Assembly: GCF_018350175.1 (NCBI RefSeq)
Contig: NC_058368.1
Coordinates: 68,264,001 to 68,328,000, forward strand
DNA length: 64,000 nt
Source: Felis catus
Lineage: Eukaryota
Direction of reading: 5' to 3'
Shown: positions 1 to 12,641 of the stretch, piece by piece
Layout of the letters: every line of letters starts with the position of its first letter
How positions within the stretch are numbered: position 1 is the first letter of the stretch
The notes under the pieces: model-generated
What the model was told of the DNA's origin: nothing
Database searches by the model: none
The model's input: the letters and a program-made list of their open reading frames with translations, nothing else
Made by a program: the position numbers and the translations under genes

Positions 1-2368
1 TAAAATGTCAATACTATTTGGGGTCTTGTGTTTGCTAAAAGCTTTTCTGAGGTAAGTGTGAAGGCAGGAGAATCTCACTTCATGACTCATTCTGGTCTTG
101 AACCAAGAAGGTGGGAAGACCTGATTGTCTATTCGCCGTGTGTCTGATTCTTACCTCCCACCCCTTCCCAAGGAAACTGAGGCTGAAGAGTAGGCAACGT
201 AGGAAATCTTCTGAAATTTTTGTTTTTAATTTTTGTTCAATCAAATATTCTGATTGAAATGAAGGAAATCTATACCGAATCAGACTCTCTATGGTTCATT
301 TTTCATCATGAATGTAAGAACACACATCCCATCTTTATCTCTTGTACGCATACTTAGATGTACCTGTTCCTCAAGCCATCATTATTAGAAAACAGCCCGG
401 AGTTACCGTGTCTGCAGCGATTATTTAATTTGACAAGGGCAGTACCAATTTTTCCCTACAAGAGTTTACATTACAAAATGTTGAAGAAGGAACTTCTTGG
501 CCGACTTGGCCGCTTCACCAGCAATTTTTGTTATTTTTAAGGTGTTTTAGAAGTGAGGTAAAAGCTCACCTGAGCCCTTAGGACACTGTTAAGTTTATAT
601 CTTCTCTCTGCCAGTATCTGTCAAGGGAGAATAAAATGAGCATCTTAGTTCCTTACTTTATGCTTTTCAGTGCAACTGAATTTCTCAATCTCACACACTT
701 ATGATGACAGGGATTGGAGACACTGAACCCCAGAGAGTGGGTGGGTCATCCCCTTTCCTTGAGCAGGCTAAATCAGGGGGCATTGCAGATGTGTTAGAAA
801 ATGTGCTTCAAAGACTAGTTCAACAGGGAATACCAAAGTGTTTGGAGCAAACAAGATTATTGCTTATCTCCGGGAAGTTGAATGTCTTAGAAAACATTAT
901 TATCGATGTTCAGAACGTCATTGAATTCTTACTCAAAACTTGTAAATGGGCTGCCAAGGGGAGGGTTGCTGATTTTTGTTTAGGTTTTTTTTCATTCGTT
1001 ATCTATCCTCAAATAGTTAGACTTCTTGGAGGCCTATATAAAACACTAGTCCTTTCATTTAAAAGACTGTTAGAAGACTGTCTGTTATACCAGAAATGAG
1101 CTGTCTGCAGGAAAATTCTGATCGTATGCTGGAGAATATCAATGCTAGCGCTGAGAAAAACCAGGCATTATGGATAAAGAATGAAATGAAACTCCACCAA
1201 GTACACACAGATCTTTTCCCTTCCATATTTGCCACATACGTATTTTGATCCTGGGAAAGAAGGAGAGACAGGCAGACAACATGATGATAGAAGGTAAAGA
1301 TGTGTCTTCCAACCTTTATTTTCCTGTTAACCTTCTATCATGCTGTTTTAGAGCTCTCTACAGATTCTGAAACCAGATCCCACATCTCAAGAACAAAGGA
1401 GTGGGCTGAACACAGTTCATGCTAGTAAGAGATGTCACTCATTTTCATTGTTATTATGATCACCACAGTTATAATTCAGAATCTGCGGTTGCCAAGAGGA
1501 AATTAGATAATGTATAAAACATAGCAATAGATATAATCCCCTCTAGAGCTTCCAATTTAGACTCCTATTTCTGTGCCTTTGTTCATAACCTGAGAGAATT
1601 ATGAAGATTGTCTTTGTCCTACCTTTGAAAACACATTATTAAAAATAACTCGTGTGAGTTTTTAAAAAAGGCAAGCAAAACAAATTACAGTGATGGGACT
1701 AGAGGCCAGGTATACTTAAAAGTTATACTCTGAGTTGAGCACAGAAGACCACTAATGCAATTAGTAACTTATTCTCCATTATGCTTTCCATCGTGATTTC
1801 TCAGGATGCTTTACGATATCCCAATTATATCACATACACTTTCATTTATTGAGGGAAACCTCATTTTATTCCTATCACAAACTTATCTTCAAAAGATAGA
1901 CTAGGAGTACATTGTTGGAATTAATTCTGACCCTATCTCAAACTTCTCCTCTGGGACTAGAATAAGGGCCAGGAAACAAAATGAAACCAAAATATGACAG
2001 TATGGAAGAGGTGTGTTTGAGGCCAAGTCTCTAGGCTTAAGATAAGGGCTACCATAAAGCTTTTTTTCCTTTTGGCTATGCTCCACTCTGAGCCATTCCA
2101 TAGGGGAATGAGAGAAAGAGGGACAAAAGAGAGATGCTGGTTGGATTCTTCAATAAACTGTCTGTGCTGAGAAACTAGGGCTAATGTGCCTGAGCTCCAA
2201 GATTTAGGTGGGTTCTAAACCTTAGATTTCATAGCAAACTGACTGGTTTTATGTATATTATACCTAAAAAGTCTTATGGTTGCTCTAAAGCCATATTTGG
2301 GATGCCTTTTCACTGGATGCTGGTTGTCAAAACCTAGATGTGTCATGGCCAAATGGATTATTTTCTTT

Positions 2369-2370
<2 letters not shown>

Positions 2371-2414
<44 letters not shown>
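2371..2414. repeat. (GT)22 microsatellite
   Basis: Uninterrupted GT run visible directly. Confidence 0.97.
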
Positions 2415-2418
<4 letters not shown>

Positions 2419-3094
2419 GAGAGAGAATGCATGTGTCTCTTTGGCATTCCCTCCCCCCACCCCCCGGGACATGCCTCAAATAGCAAAGCAAGAAAAGAAG
2501 AAAGGTAGAATCACTCTAACTCTAATATTAATTCAGTACAAGCAAAGAGATTTCCTTATTTTTATTTACTGCAAAGCAAAATTTTAAACATAACAAGGAT
2601 AATTTTAAAAAGAGAAAGAAAGACATCTAGAAGTCATTCACGTTCAAGGTGGAACAAGAATGGACTGGATCAAGAATCCTTAAGTGCATCTTGTTATCAT
2701 TGTTTCAAAAGAAAATTTTTCGGAAGCCTGAAAATTGCTTTGCTATGAGCCCTGGTGTTTTAAAAATGCTATTGGCAACTTTTGCAGAAGGGACTTTTGT
2801 GAAGAACCTGCCTGGTTGTGGTCACGTTGACACTAGGAGTGTTCAGTGACGTCTTCCAGAGTCTTACATGGCAGTAGCTGTGGAAAAAGAAGTGGAGAGA
2901 GAGGGATGGAGGAGTGTCTGTTCTAAAACTTCGTTTTAATAAGTGCATGCTCAGTATTCAACATTGCCATTCACAAAATTGTGAAGAAAAGGGGGCACCA
3001 TTGCCAGTTGCTGAACTCAGGATTCAATAAGATGATTAAAAGGCATTGGCCATAAGGAGGCACATCAAACTGAAGCAACATCTGACTCTGCCCT

Positions 3095-4290
3095 TACATA
3101 CAACTGTCACCACATTAAGATTAAGAACATTCTTGGCATTCTAGAATGTTCAGTAGTACACTTCCCCCTAGAGGTAGCAATGATTTTTTACTTCTATCAC
3201 CATGACTAATTATTTATGCCTTACTACTGATGTGCATAAAAATGAAATAACATTGTATGAACTTTCTGTGTGTGTCTGGCTCCTCAACATGATATCTTAG
3301 GAGATTTATTCACATTTTATGTATTGTTACCCTGTTTAATTTTCAATGCTGCCTACTATTTTATGTCTCAATGTTTTTAGCTATTCTTCTATTGGTAAAC
3401 ATTTAGGTTGTTTCCAGTTTCTGGCTATTATGAGTAAGAATTCTCTGAACACTCTTGTACATGTCTTTTGATGTATATACACACTTGTGCCTAAGAGTGT
3501 GATTGCTGGATCATAGGGTAATAAAAATGGCAAACAGTTTTTCAAATTTATTTGCACCAGTTTGGCTTCCTTGAGGAAGATATGAACTTTCCAGTTACTC
3601 CACATTCTTGCCAATGAGTGGTATTATCAGTCTTCTGGATTTAGCTACTCTAAAAGGATTATTTGATTTGCATTGAATTAATGATTAAGTCTATTGATTT
3701 TTGCTAATTTGTTATGTGGATATTCTCTTTTGTATAGTGGCTGTGTGTTGTATATTTGTCCAATTTAAAAATTAGGGTTTGTCCTTTTTTTATTAGTTTG
3801 TAAGAGTTTTTGAGATATACCACACTAAGCTTTTTTTGGGTATATGTATTTTAAATATCTTCTCTTCCTGGATTATTTTTCATTCTCTTTCTGGTATCTT
3901 TTGATAAATTAGTTCTCAAATCAATGAGCTATAATTTATTATTTTTTCTTTGATGTACATTGCTTTTATGTACTAATTAAGAAATTATTTTCTACCCTAA
4001 GGTATGAAGAGATTCTGTTTTCTTCTGGGAAAAAAAATATATTTTTTTGCATTTGGTTTCTTGGGCTTTTTCATGTTAGTTTTTAAATATGGTGTGAAAT
4101 AATGGGACAAGGTTCATTTTTTTCTCATATGGATATCTCATTGCCCTAGAGCCATTTATTGAAAATGGAATTTTTTCCTGCAAAATTTTAGTGGCATCTT
4201 TGTCATAAATCATTTGACTGTATGTGTGTGTATCTATTTCTGAACTGCCTATTCTGTATACACATAGTCTTTTGCAAATTTCTGCTTTGT
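3095..4290 (-). mobile_element. Old L1 (L1M-type) 3' ORF2/3'UTR fragment
   Basis: Minus-strand translations contain L1 ORF2 C-terminal motifs (LPYDPAITLLG, IIARNWKQPKC; SSEIDTHTYSQMIYDK). T-rich antisense L1 composition. Boundaries approximate. Confidence 0.85.
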
Positions 4291-4527
4291 ATATTATGGT
4301 TATATTTTTATAATAATAAATATTCAACATAATACCCTCTTAATAAATAGACAGGATTTAATTTATAGATGCACTGAAATTTACTTAATCCCTATGGCTT
4401 GTGAATTCACTTATTAAATTTATTTTCTCTCTTATGTATACTGAATCTTTACGAATCCTTATTCTGTACAAATGCTGTAACAATACCAGGGCAATTAATT
4501 TTTTAATGAAGAGACACTCTATTATAT

Positions 4528-4695
4528 AGTGTGAAATGCATTAATATAGAATCAGAAGAACTGAATTCCAATCAAGATTCTGGCACTTATTAGGTCCAGC
4601 TACAATTTGGGCACAATAACACCTACTTCTCAGAATTGTAACAAGAATATAGCAGGATAATGGACATGGGAATGCTTTGAAAATTATAAGTTACT
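4528..4695 (+). mobile_element. MIR SINE fragment
   Basis: Degenerate MIR-like segments (gaattccaatc...ggcacttatt; aataacacctacttctcagaattgt). Confidence 0.55.
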
Positions 4696-6225
4696 ATAAA
4701 AATATCTTTTGTTATTGGTAAATAATAAAAGCTTGGCAAGCATCCTATCATTTTAGCTTATTTGACAAACAAAATCACTCAAGCTTGTTCATGAGGAAAT
4801 GGACCTTATCTGGGACAAGGCTCTAATCCAGAAGAGACCTCCAGTCTTCAGTAACTTTAAATTGTAGTAACCTTTTAAACATTAAGTACTTGCCTTATTT
4901 CCATAATTGGAGCCATCCTAAATCTGTAATTGTTGGGATAATTAAATAAGTGATTTCAAAGTTTCAAGAAGAATTTGCCCTATGTTCCTTGTCATCACCT
5001 GATGAAGCAAGGCAGGCAGACTTTCTCGCCTAGATTGCAAAAATCAATGAAGGTGTCTCAGACATAAATTCAAAGGCCTGGGAAAATGATGAGAATAAAA
5101 CAGCCCATAAATTTACTAAGGTTGGAGTCAGATAATTATGCATTGCTTGGACACTACCAATTTCAGCAATGACATTCCAGAAGGATGGTCCTCTTAGACA
5201 TTTTAGAATGGTCTGCAGGAGACACAATGACCTTGACATCTTCAGCCTTTCCCAAGATTGAGAAAGATGGGTCTGCCTTTGCTTATTCCAAGAAGTTGCT
5301 CCTCATGTTGAGCTCCTGGGGTAGTTCTCAGGCCATCCTTCCTGAGCTTCTGGGAAATATCGATTTATTCAGACCTCTAGTCCCAGTGCCGTGACATTTT
5401 AGTTAACACGGTGTCCAGCCTGTTGCATGTTAGTCAGTAGAAATAGTAACCTGAGTGATGTGGAAACCGTGCATTTCCTAAAAATCGAATGGCTGGAATT
5501 GGATGCAATTGTATATATAGAGAATGTAATTTATCATTACAAGTGTTTTGAAAACATAGACTTTAGGAGAACAGTACATGTTATTGGTGAGCATGGAGTA
5601 GATGAAATGTCCACATGTAGGGGCTGAAAAGAAGCAACGAGTCATTACTCATAGGTGCAGTGTCCAACAGTCATGAAATTGTTAAGAGTAAAATGTCACA
5701 CACCTGCTTTGTTGGTATATCAGTCAGTGAGCTGGTTGACAGTTTTTAAAACCATAAGAAAAAGGTACATTCTCCTTTAGTTTCAGTGAAGGAATGTTAT
5801 GATGTGAAGACTGAAATGTTTTTTAAGTTTTCCTTCTGTCCTTAAAACTAATAGGGTATCTGAAATCATCAGAACCACAGTGAAAGAAGACAAAGTGACT
5901 GAGAAGCTGAAAATCATTTATATGTGTTCTCTCAGAACAGTTAAACATTTAATTCCAAATTGCAGACATAACCTAAAAGGAAAGCTATCCAGATTTTCTG
6001 AAGATTAGAGTGTTAAAACTTCTGTGTCTCATTACCTATTCTCACAACTGTTTGGTTAAGGAAAAGAGTGTCTTCATTAGCTTTGTAATCTAAATCCTTG
6101 GAGTGCTAAACAAGGAAGAAACAAACCCACGTGTTCTTTGGTGTTTTGTGATATCTATGTACTGCCTAGAAGAAATGCAACCTAGATGCAGACACAAAGA
6201 ACTTGAGAGTAAAAGATTGGAAAAA

Positions 6226-6353
6226 GGGGCTCCTGGGTGGCTCAGTCAGTTGAGTGTCTGACTCTTGACTTGGGCTCAGGTCATGATCTCACTGTTCATG
6301 AGACTGAGCCCCATATAGGGCTCCACACTGACAGCATGGAGGCTGCTTGGGAT

Positions 6354-6391
<38 letters not shown>

Positions 6392-6488
6392 CCCCTCCCC
6401 CCTTCCCCTGGTTCATTATCTCTCTCTCCCTCTTTCTCTCCCCCTCTCTCTTTCTCTCAAAATAAATAAATAGATTTTTTTAAAAAAA
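6226..6488 (+). mobile_element. CanSINE (SINEC, tRNA-derived)
   Basis: ggggctcctgggtggctcagtcagtt head, (CT)n tract, aaataaataaa tail; inserted into L1 ORF2. Confidence 0.95.
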
Positions 6489-6954
6489 GAAAGGTTGACA
6501 AAAGGTACACCATGAAACAGTAACCATTATGGATCTGGAACAGTTATATTATTATCAAACAAAGTAAACCTCAATATAATAAATATCATTAGAAACAAAG
6601 AAAGACATTTTATAATGTTAAAATGGTCAATATATTAGAAAGATATAATCATTATAAATGTATACACATCTAATAACAAAGACCCCCCAATACTTAAAGC
6701 AAAAAATAACAGGTTTGAAAAGAGAAATACACAATCAAAAAATTAATGGTTGGAGGTTTAAATACTCCACTCCAATAATCAGTATAACAAATAACAGAAA
6801 ATCAGCAAAGGTATAAAAGACTGAACAACATCATCAACCAATGTTACTTAACTGATATTCGGGCACATCTCACTCAAAAACTATAGAACACATTTTTGCA
6901 ATGGAATATTCTCCAGGATAGACTATATGCTGGGCCACACAATATTCCCAATAC

Positions 6955-7163
6955 TTTTTTTTAATGTTTACTTATTTTTGAGAAAGAGAGAGAGAGAGAG
7001 AGGAGCAAGCAGCACTGGAGAGGGGCAGAAAGAGGGAGACAGGATCTGAAGTGGGCTCTGTGTTGAAGCAGAGAGCCCAATATGGAGCTTGAACTCACAA
7101 ACCATGATATAACGACCTGAGCCGAAGTTGGATGCTTAACTGACTGAGCCACCCAGGCGCCCC
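6955..7163 (-). mobile_element. CanSINE (SINEC_Fc-like)
   Basis: Ends tgagccacccaggcgcccc; (GA)n tract and T-rich tail on the plus strand. Confidence 0.95.
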
Positions 7164-8825
7164 TCTGAACAGGTTTTTTAATAATTGAAATCATGCAAAG
7201 TATATTTTCTGACCACAGCAAAATTAAATTAGATATCCACAACAGAAAGAGATGTGTGCCAAACATTTGGGTACTAATAGACTTCTAAATAACCCATGGG
7301 TCAAAGGAGAAACCAAAAAGGGAATCAAAAATTATTTTGAGTTGAATGAAGGCTAAAAAGAGGTGATCATTATCGAGTGCAACTAAAGCAGTGCTTAGAA
7401 GGAAATTTATAACTCTAGATGCTTATAACACCAAAAAAGAAAGTTTCTAATCCCAATAATCTAAGATCCCATCTTGAAAAAATAGAAAAAGAAAAGCAAA
7501 CTAAATCCAGAGTAAGCAGCAGGAAGGAAATGATAAAGATGTGAGTAGAAAATTGTGTGTTTACAAATTACTGAGATGGACTCAAGAAGAAATAGAAAAT
7601 CAGAAAAGTCCAGAATAATAAAGAAATGTAACTAGTAATCTAAAATCTTGCCACAACGGTCCTGCCTTTCTTGTCTTAAATAGTACATTCTATTAAATGT
7701 TTAAAGTAATAACAATCTTTACAAACTCATAAAATAGATGAAAAGGGAACATTCTCACCTAATTTTTTTTCAGGCCACAATTACCCTGATACCAAAGCCA
7801 GACAAAAACATGGCAAGAAAACTATAAATGGATATCCCTCAGAAATATAGATGTAAAACTTCTTAACAAAATATTAGCAAAAAAATTCAGAGGCATATCC
7901 AAAGGATTCTATAGCGTGAGCATGTGGGGTTTATCTCAGGAGTGCAAAACTTTGAAAACTAACATCTGAAAACTAACTAATTGAATAACCATATTAATAG
8001 AATAAAGAATAGAAACTACATGGCTATTTCAATAGACACAGAAAATACATTTGATATATACATTTCTGGTAGGGATATACAATGGTACTGGACAGTACAT
8101 GTCTAGTTTGGAAAACATTTTGGGAGTTTCCTAAAAAGTTAAATATAACTTTACCAGACAGGTTTATAATTCCAAGTTCCACTCTAGGATCTACAGAAAG
8201 AAATAAAAATATATGTCCACACAAAGAATTATATATGAACACTCATAGCAACATCATAATAGTCTCAAACTGGAAATAATCCCAATGCCTATGAATTTTA
8301 AAATGGGATGTATCCATATAATTAAATGCTATTCAGCAATAAAAAAAGAACAAAATACTAATACATACTACAGCATGGATGAACCACAAAAACGTTATCT
8401 TAAGTGAGAAAGCCACACACATACACAAAACACAAATCTATTATATGATTCCATTTATACAAGATGTCCAAAAAAGACAAATTATTCAAACAGAGAGCAG
8501 ATCAGTGGTTGTCTGGGTTTGGAGGTTGAAGCAGGATTGAGTGCAAACAGGCTCAAGGGAATTTTTTTGGAGTGATGGAAATGGTCTAAAACTGACTTGT
8601 GATGATGGTTGCTAACTCTGTAAATTTATAAATTTCACTTAATTCTACATATGCAATGGGTGAATTTTATGGTATGTGAATTATACCTTTAAAAAGTGGT
8701 ATAAAAATGTCTTCGTATTTTCATCTGTAAAAAATGGATATACACAATATTGTGTGTATAAGAAATGAGATAATTCGTAGAAACAACTTTGCACAGTGTT
8801 TGGTGGAGTGAGTCAATGTCCGCAT

Positions 8826-8940
8826 CCTCCTCCCCTTCCTCCTCCTCCTCCTCCTCCTCCTCCTCCTCCTCCTCCTCCTCCCCCTCCCCTTCCTCCTCCT
8901 CCTCCTCCTCCTCCTCCTCCTCCTCCTCCTCCTGATCCTC
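8826..8940. repeat. (CCT)n trinucleotide repeat, interrupted
   Basis: Direct reading; produces the spurious poly-Pro/poly-Arg ORFs. Confidence 0.97.
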
Positions 8941-9419
8941 ATCTTTATACTGAATCTAAACATGTGTCTTCAAGACCCTGATCACTGAACTGAGCAGCAG
9001 AAAATGCTACCCAAGCCGGTGTAAATTGGTAACATTCCAAATTCATGGTCTCTCACTTTGGCTGAATGCTTGATGCCTCCTGGCAATTCTGTGTCTCTCA
9101 TTCAGAACCTTCTGTTCTTTTCACAGAGCTCTTCCAAACTTCATCTCCCTCCTCTCTCTTAATCACACGTGAAGGCCACCTCCCACTTCACAGAGAATAG
9201 CATGTCTATGAAGGGATCCTTTGAAGATATTTGTACGTCTGCAGTGATCTTTCCATCTTCTTTTCTACAAATGTCAAAATCGTCCCTCCTCCTTTTCTTG
9301 GGCAATTCTTGCTTCTGCCCTGGACAAAGTCCTTTGACTTCCTCAGGGACTTTATTAGCATTCTGCCATTACTAAACAAAATAAAAAATATTTGCCAATA
9401 CAAAGCTCTTTTTCATTCT

Positions 9420-9830
9420 TTGTTTATCCATTCATGCCTTCACTGATGTATCCAGCAAGTTTTTATTGAATGCCTACGTTGTGCCAAATACTTTCCCAAG
9501 GATCGGAGATATGATGTTCAGCAAGAGAGAAATGGCCCTTGATCTCATGGAATTTATACAGTTTAGTAGAGAAACAGTGGTTAAAAATAGTTAGAAGAGT
9601 AATTAACTTTAATTGTTAATAAGTACAACAAAGCAAAAATATGGGAATACTAAGAGAACATATAGGGGAAGTTCCAGGGATAGTTCACTGAAAGTTGTAT
9701 TTAAAATGAATTGTGAAGGATGGATAGGATTTAGCAGGCAGTTGGAGATGTAGGACAGGGAGGTGGGGAGAGAATTCTGAGTGGAGGGATGACCATGTAC
9801 AAATGTCTTGAAGCCAAACAGGAGAATTGC
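9420..9830 (-). mobile_element. L2 LINE 3' end fragment
   Basis: tttattgaatgcctacgttgtgcca...gatctcatggaatttatacagtttagt resembles the antisense L2 3' terminus. Confidence 0.65.
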
Positions 9831-11054
9831 TTGGGTTTGGGACTAGAGAGACAAAATTTGAATCCCAGCTCTGTCACTGACTTTGTATCATGGTGTGGTC
9901 ATGAGCAGTGAGTGACAGAGCCCATCTGAAGGTCTAAGGGTACAGTATAGTCTTACTGTCCTGCAGGAATAACTTCATACTTTACATGCATTATCTCGCT
10001 TATTCCCCACGGTAACTGTGGGTATTATTACCTTCACTTTGAAATATGGGATCAGAGATTCATAGGGCTTGATTCACCCAAGGACACTGACTAGTAAGCG
10101 TTAAGACAGACTTTAAGTCTTTTTTGAATAAGTTATGTTACGGTGATTTTGGCAGAGAGCAAGGGCTCAATAGCATTTCTTTTGTACCTATTTCTTTCTT
10201 TTGCTCTTTCCTCTGACGTCACAGCACCATCATCAATTCATTGGATTACATCACATCCATGCTCTTTTTTTTCTGGTATTCCTTCCTTTCCAATATTTTT
10301 GTGAGGTTAAGATTTTGATACTATTAAACAGAGATATGGTTAATTTTTAAATGGCTGAGGATGTTTTCATTGTATCGGTGTCATTGCTGTTATTTAATAT
10401 CACAGTTAGGATGTGACAGCAACATTTTTGAGCCTCAACTTCCCTATTTCTAACCTAAGGGATTTGATCTAGAGAATAAGCATGGTCACTTCCATCTCTA
10501 ATAGGCCAAGAATGTGTATTTCTGGACTTTCTATGTAAGTTAATTTTCAAAATTTTACTTCTTTATCAAATAGCAGTTATATTCTATGCCCTCATGAAAA
10601 TAAGTAAATGAAAGTCATTCATGTAACTATTTCATCATGTTTCACGATATATAATTTATAGATAGGACAGTGCATCTAGTTAAGTTACTTTCTTATATAG
10701 AATAAATTTATGAGCCCAAGCATTTGAAATTTACACTGTAAGACATTTAAAGTGTCTTAAAGGTTTATATCAATACATTTTAATTACATAATGTCATCGT
10801 GATGAATTTATACCAGTACATTTGCCAATTTTTTGTTATGTAAGATGTCATTTAATCGTGGAATCAAAAATGCCTTTCTCATACTAAGATAGATAGTCTT
10901 TCAAGACAAGATAAACACCAGATTTCCACTTGTATTTGTTTTATTTATCATGCTCACAAGATAGTATGCCTATGGATTGTGCATAGAGTAATTTATATTT
11001 TGCTGATGCCAAAGTCTAGAAACAGTATTGAATATGAAGTGAAAGCACATTTGT

Positions 11055-11269
11055 TTTTTGTTTGTTTGTTTATTTATTTTTGAGAGACAGAGAGAGATAG
11101 AGCACAAGCAAACGAGGGGCAGAGAAAGAGGGAGACACAGAGTCTGATGCAGGTTCCAGGCTCTGAGCTGTCAACACAGAGCCCAACGTGGGGCTGGAAC
11201 TTACGGACCGCGAGAACATGGCCAGAGCCGAAGTCAGATGCTTAACTGACTGAGCCACCCAGGCGCCCC
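11055..11269 (-). mobile_element. CanSINE (SINEC_Fc-like) with 17-bp TSD
   Basis: Full head and tail; TSD agtgaaagcacatttgt (11038-11054) / agtaaaagcacgtttgt (11270-11286). Confidence 0.96.
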
Positions 11270-12179
11270 AGTAAAAGCACGTTTGTAAGGCCATATTTAA
11301 ACAGAGAAATAGGTAACAGAAAGTAGCCACCACTTTAGGTAGACTTTTCCATTCTCTTAATGTCTAACTTTAACTTGTAACGAAATCTTCTGAGAGGGTC
11401 AGTATCCAATTAAACTCTTGTACTAAATGTTGAATACAGAAGCAATTGCTTCTTTACAGAAAATATGGCTTCTGGAAACTTCTAAAATGCATGTCATCTT
11501 TTGAGTATAAAAAAGCACATTTGTTATCCTTGTTCAGAGATAATTGCTTGCCATTAGGTTGGTTGGGACGTAAATTTTACTCGTTTCTGTCAGCTAGTGT
11601 GTCAACTTCCTAAACTCCCATCTCCATCTGTCCCGCCAGTGACAAGCCGAGTATCATTCTGCCTTCCGCCAAAATGATAATGACTCATAAATGTAAATTT
11701 CATTGAAATCACACGTGTGGAAACATTTATTAACTTTTCTTTCTTTCTTCTTCTTCTTTTTTTTTTAAGGAATAGAGAAATCAGATGGGTTGATCTTGGC
11801 TCAGCAACATTATATAAAAAAATCCCTTCCAAATGAATTCTCTTTCCTTGTTACAAGAGTGTAAACATATTATTGATTTTTCCTTTTTTTTTTCTTTTTG
11901 CAAGCATTATACATGCATTTGGCTGTCAGGGCTTTAGACATAATAGTGTCATAGCAGAGATACTTACTATGCCTTCCTCTAGGTTGTGGGGGAGATATTG
12001 TGAGACCAGCCACCTGCAATGTGCCCTTATGTCAGGATTCTTGTCTCTAAGCTCAGAAACCACAATTTATCACTACAGACGGTGACTCTAGACAAATTCC
12101 TTTAATAAAAATGGCTTTTGTTTTCCATCTAACTACCACTTTTGTTCTTTTCCAAGCAGTCACCAAGTCCTTGCTATTT

Positions 12180-12375
12180 GCCATGCTCTGTTTTAAGCTA
12201 TTTATACATATTAGCTCCTTTTAATCCTTACAAGAACCCTTTGAGATAGATTAATGATGCCCATTCTACAGATGAGAAAACCAAGGCAGAGAGAGGCCTC
12301 TCTCACACGCACACATAGCTGGTGAGAGGTGAAGCCAGGATTTGAACCCAACAGTCTGGTCGGGTGAAAGCTACC
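12180..12375 (-). mobile_element. MIR SINE
   Basis: MIR core cccattctacagatgagaaaaccaaggcagagagagg and gccaggatttgaaccca. Confidence 0.85.
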
Positions 12376-12539
12376 CTCTTATTGGCGACACATCTTTTCA
12401 CTTTTAGCATATTATCTTAGTCCTGAGAAAAGCCTAATCAAGCAGAGAGAGAAAACTGATGTGGAACAGGTGTAGACAATATCCTTAAGTGTACACAACG
12501 AAGGCAATTAAGTGGCAAAGCGATGCCTGGCTGATATCA

Positions 12540-12641
12540 AGGCGCATGCTCAGAACGCCTTCTGACATTCTAGGAAGCGCCGCCCCCTGGCCACTTCCGG
12601 GCAAGGCGTTGCCCTGCTGAAGGGGACAAGGTGAGGTAACC
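12540..12641 (+). promoter_or_regulatory. Putative promoter / first exon (NRF1-like, STAT-like and ETS motifs followed by 5' splice donors)
   Basis: GCGCATGCTC 12542-12551, TTCTAGGAA 12568-12576, GC-rich GCGCCGCCCCCTGG, CACTTCCGG 12592-12600; donors AAG|GTGAGG at 12630/12631 and GAG|GTAACC at 12635/12636; local CpG cluster. Confidence 0.5.

Larger units (their letters stand above)
6150..8706 (+). mobile_element. Old L1 (L1M-type): ORF2 endonuclease/RT portion joined to 3' end, interrupted by two CanSINEs
   Basis: Degenerate L1 ORF2 motifs (CLQET-like tgcctagaagaa, GWKK-like gattggaaaaa, ITLIPKPDK attaccctgataccaaagccagacaaa, ISIDAEKAFD-like atttcaatagacacagaaaatacatttgat). At ~8060 it jumps to an L1 3'UTR ending gtatgtgaattataccttt. 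Confidence 0.85.

Noticed and set aside
701..1099. 132-aa plus-strand ORF
   Set aside because: No recognisable domain, no convincing splice signals or start context; this length can occur by chance. A BLASTp hit would reopen it
8721..8981. Poly-Arg and poly-Pro ORFs resembling protamine or formin
   Set aside because: Simply translations of the (CCT)n microsatellite
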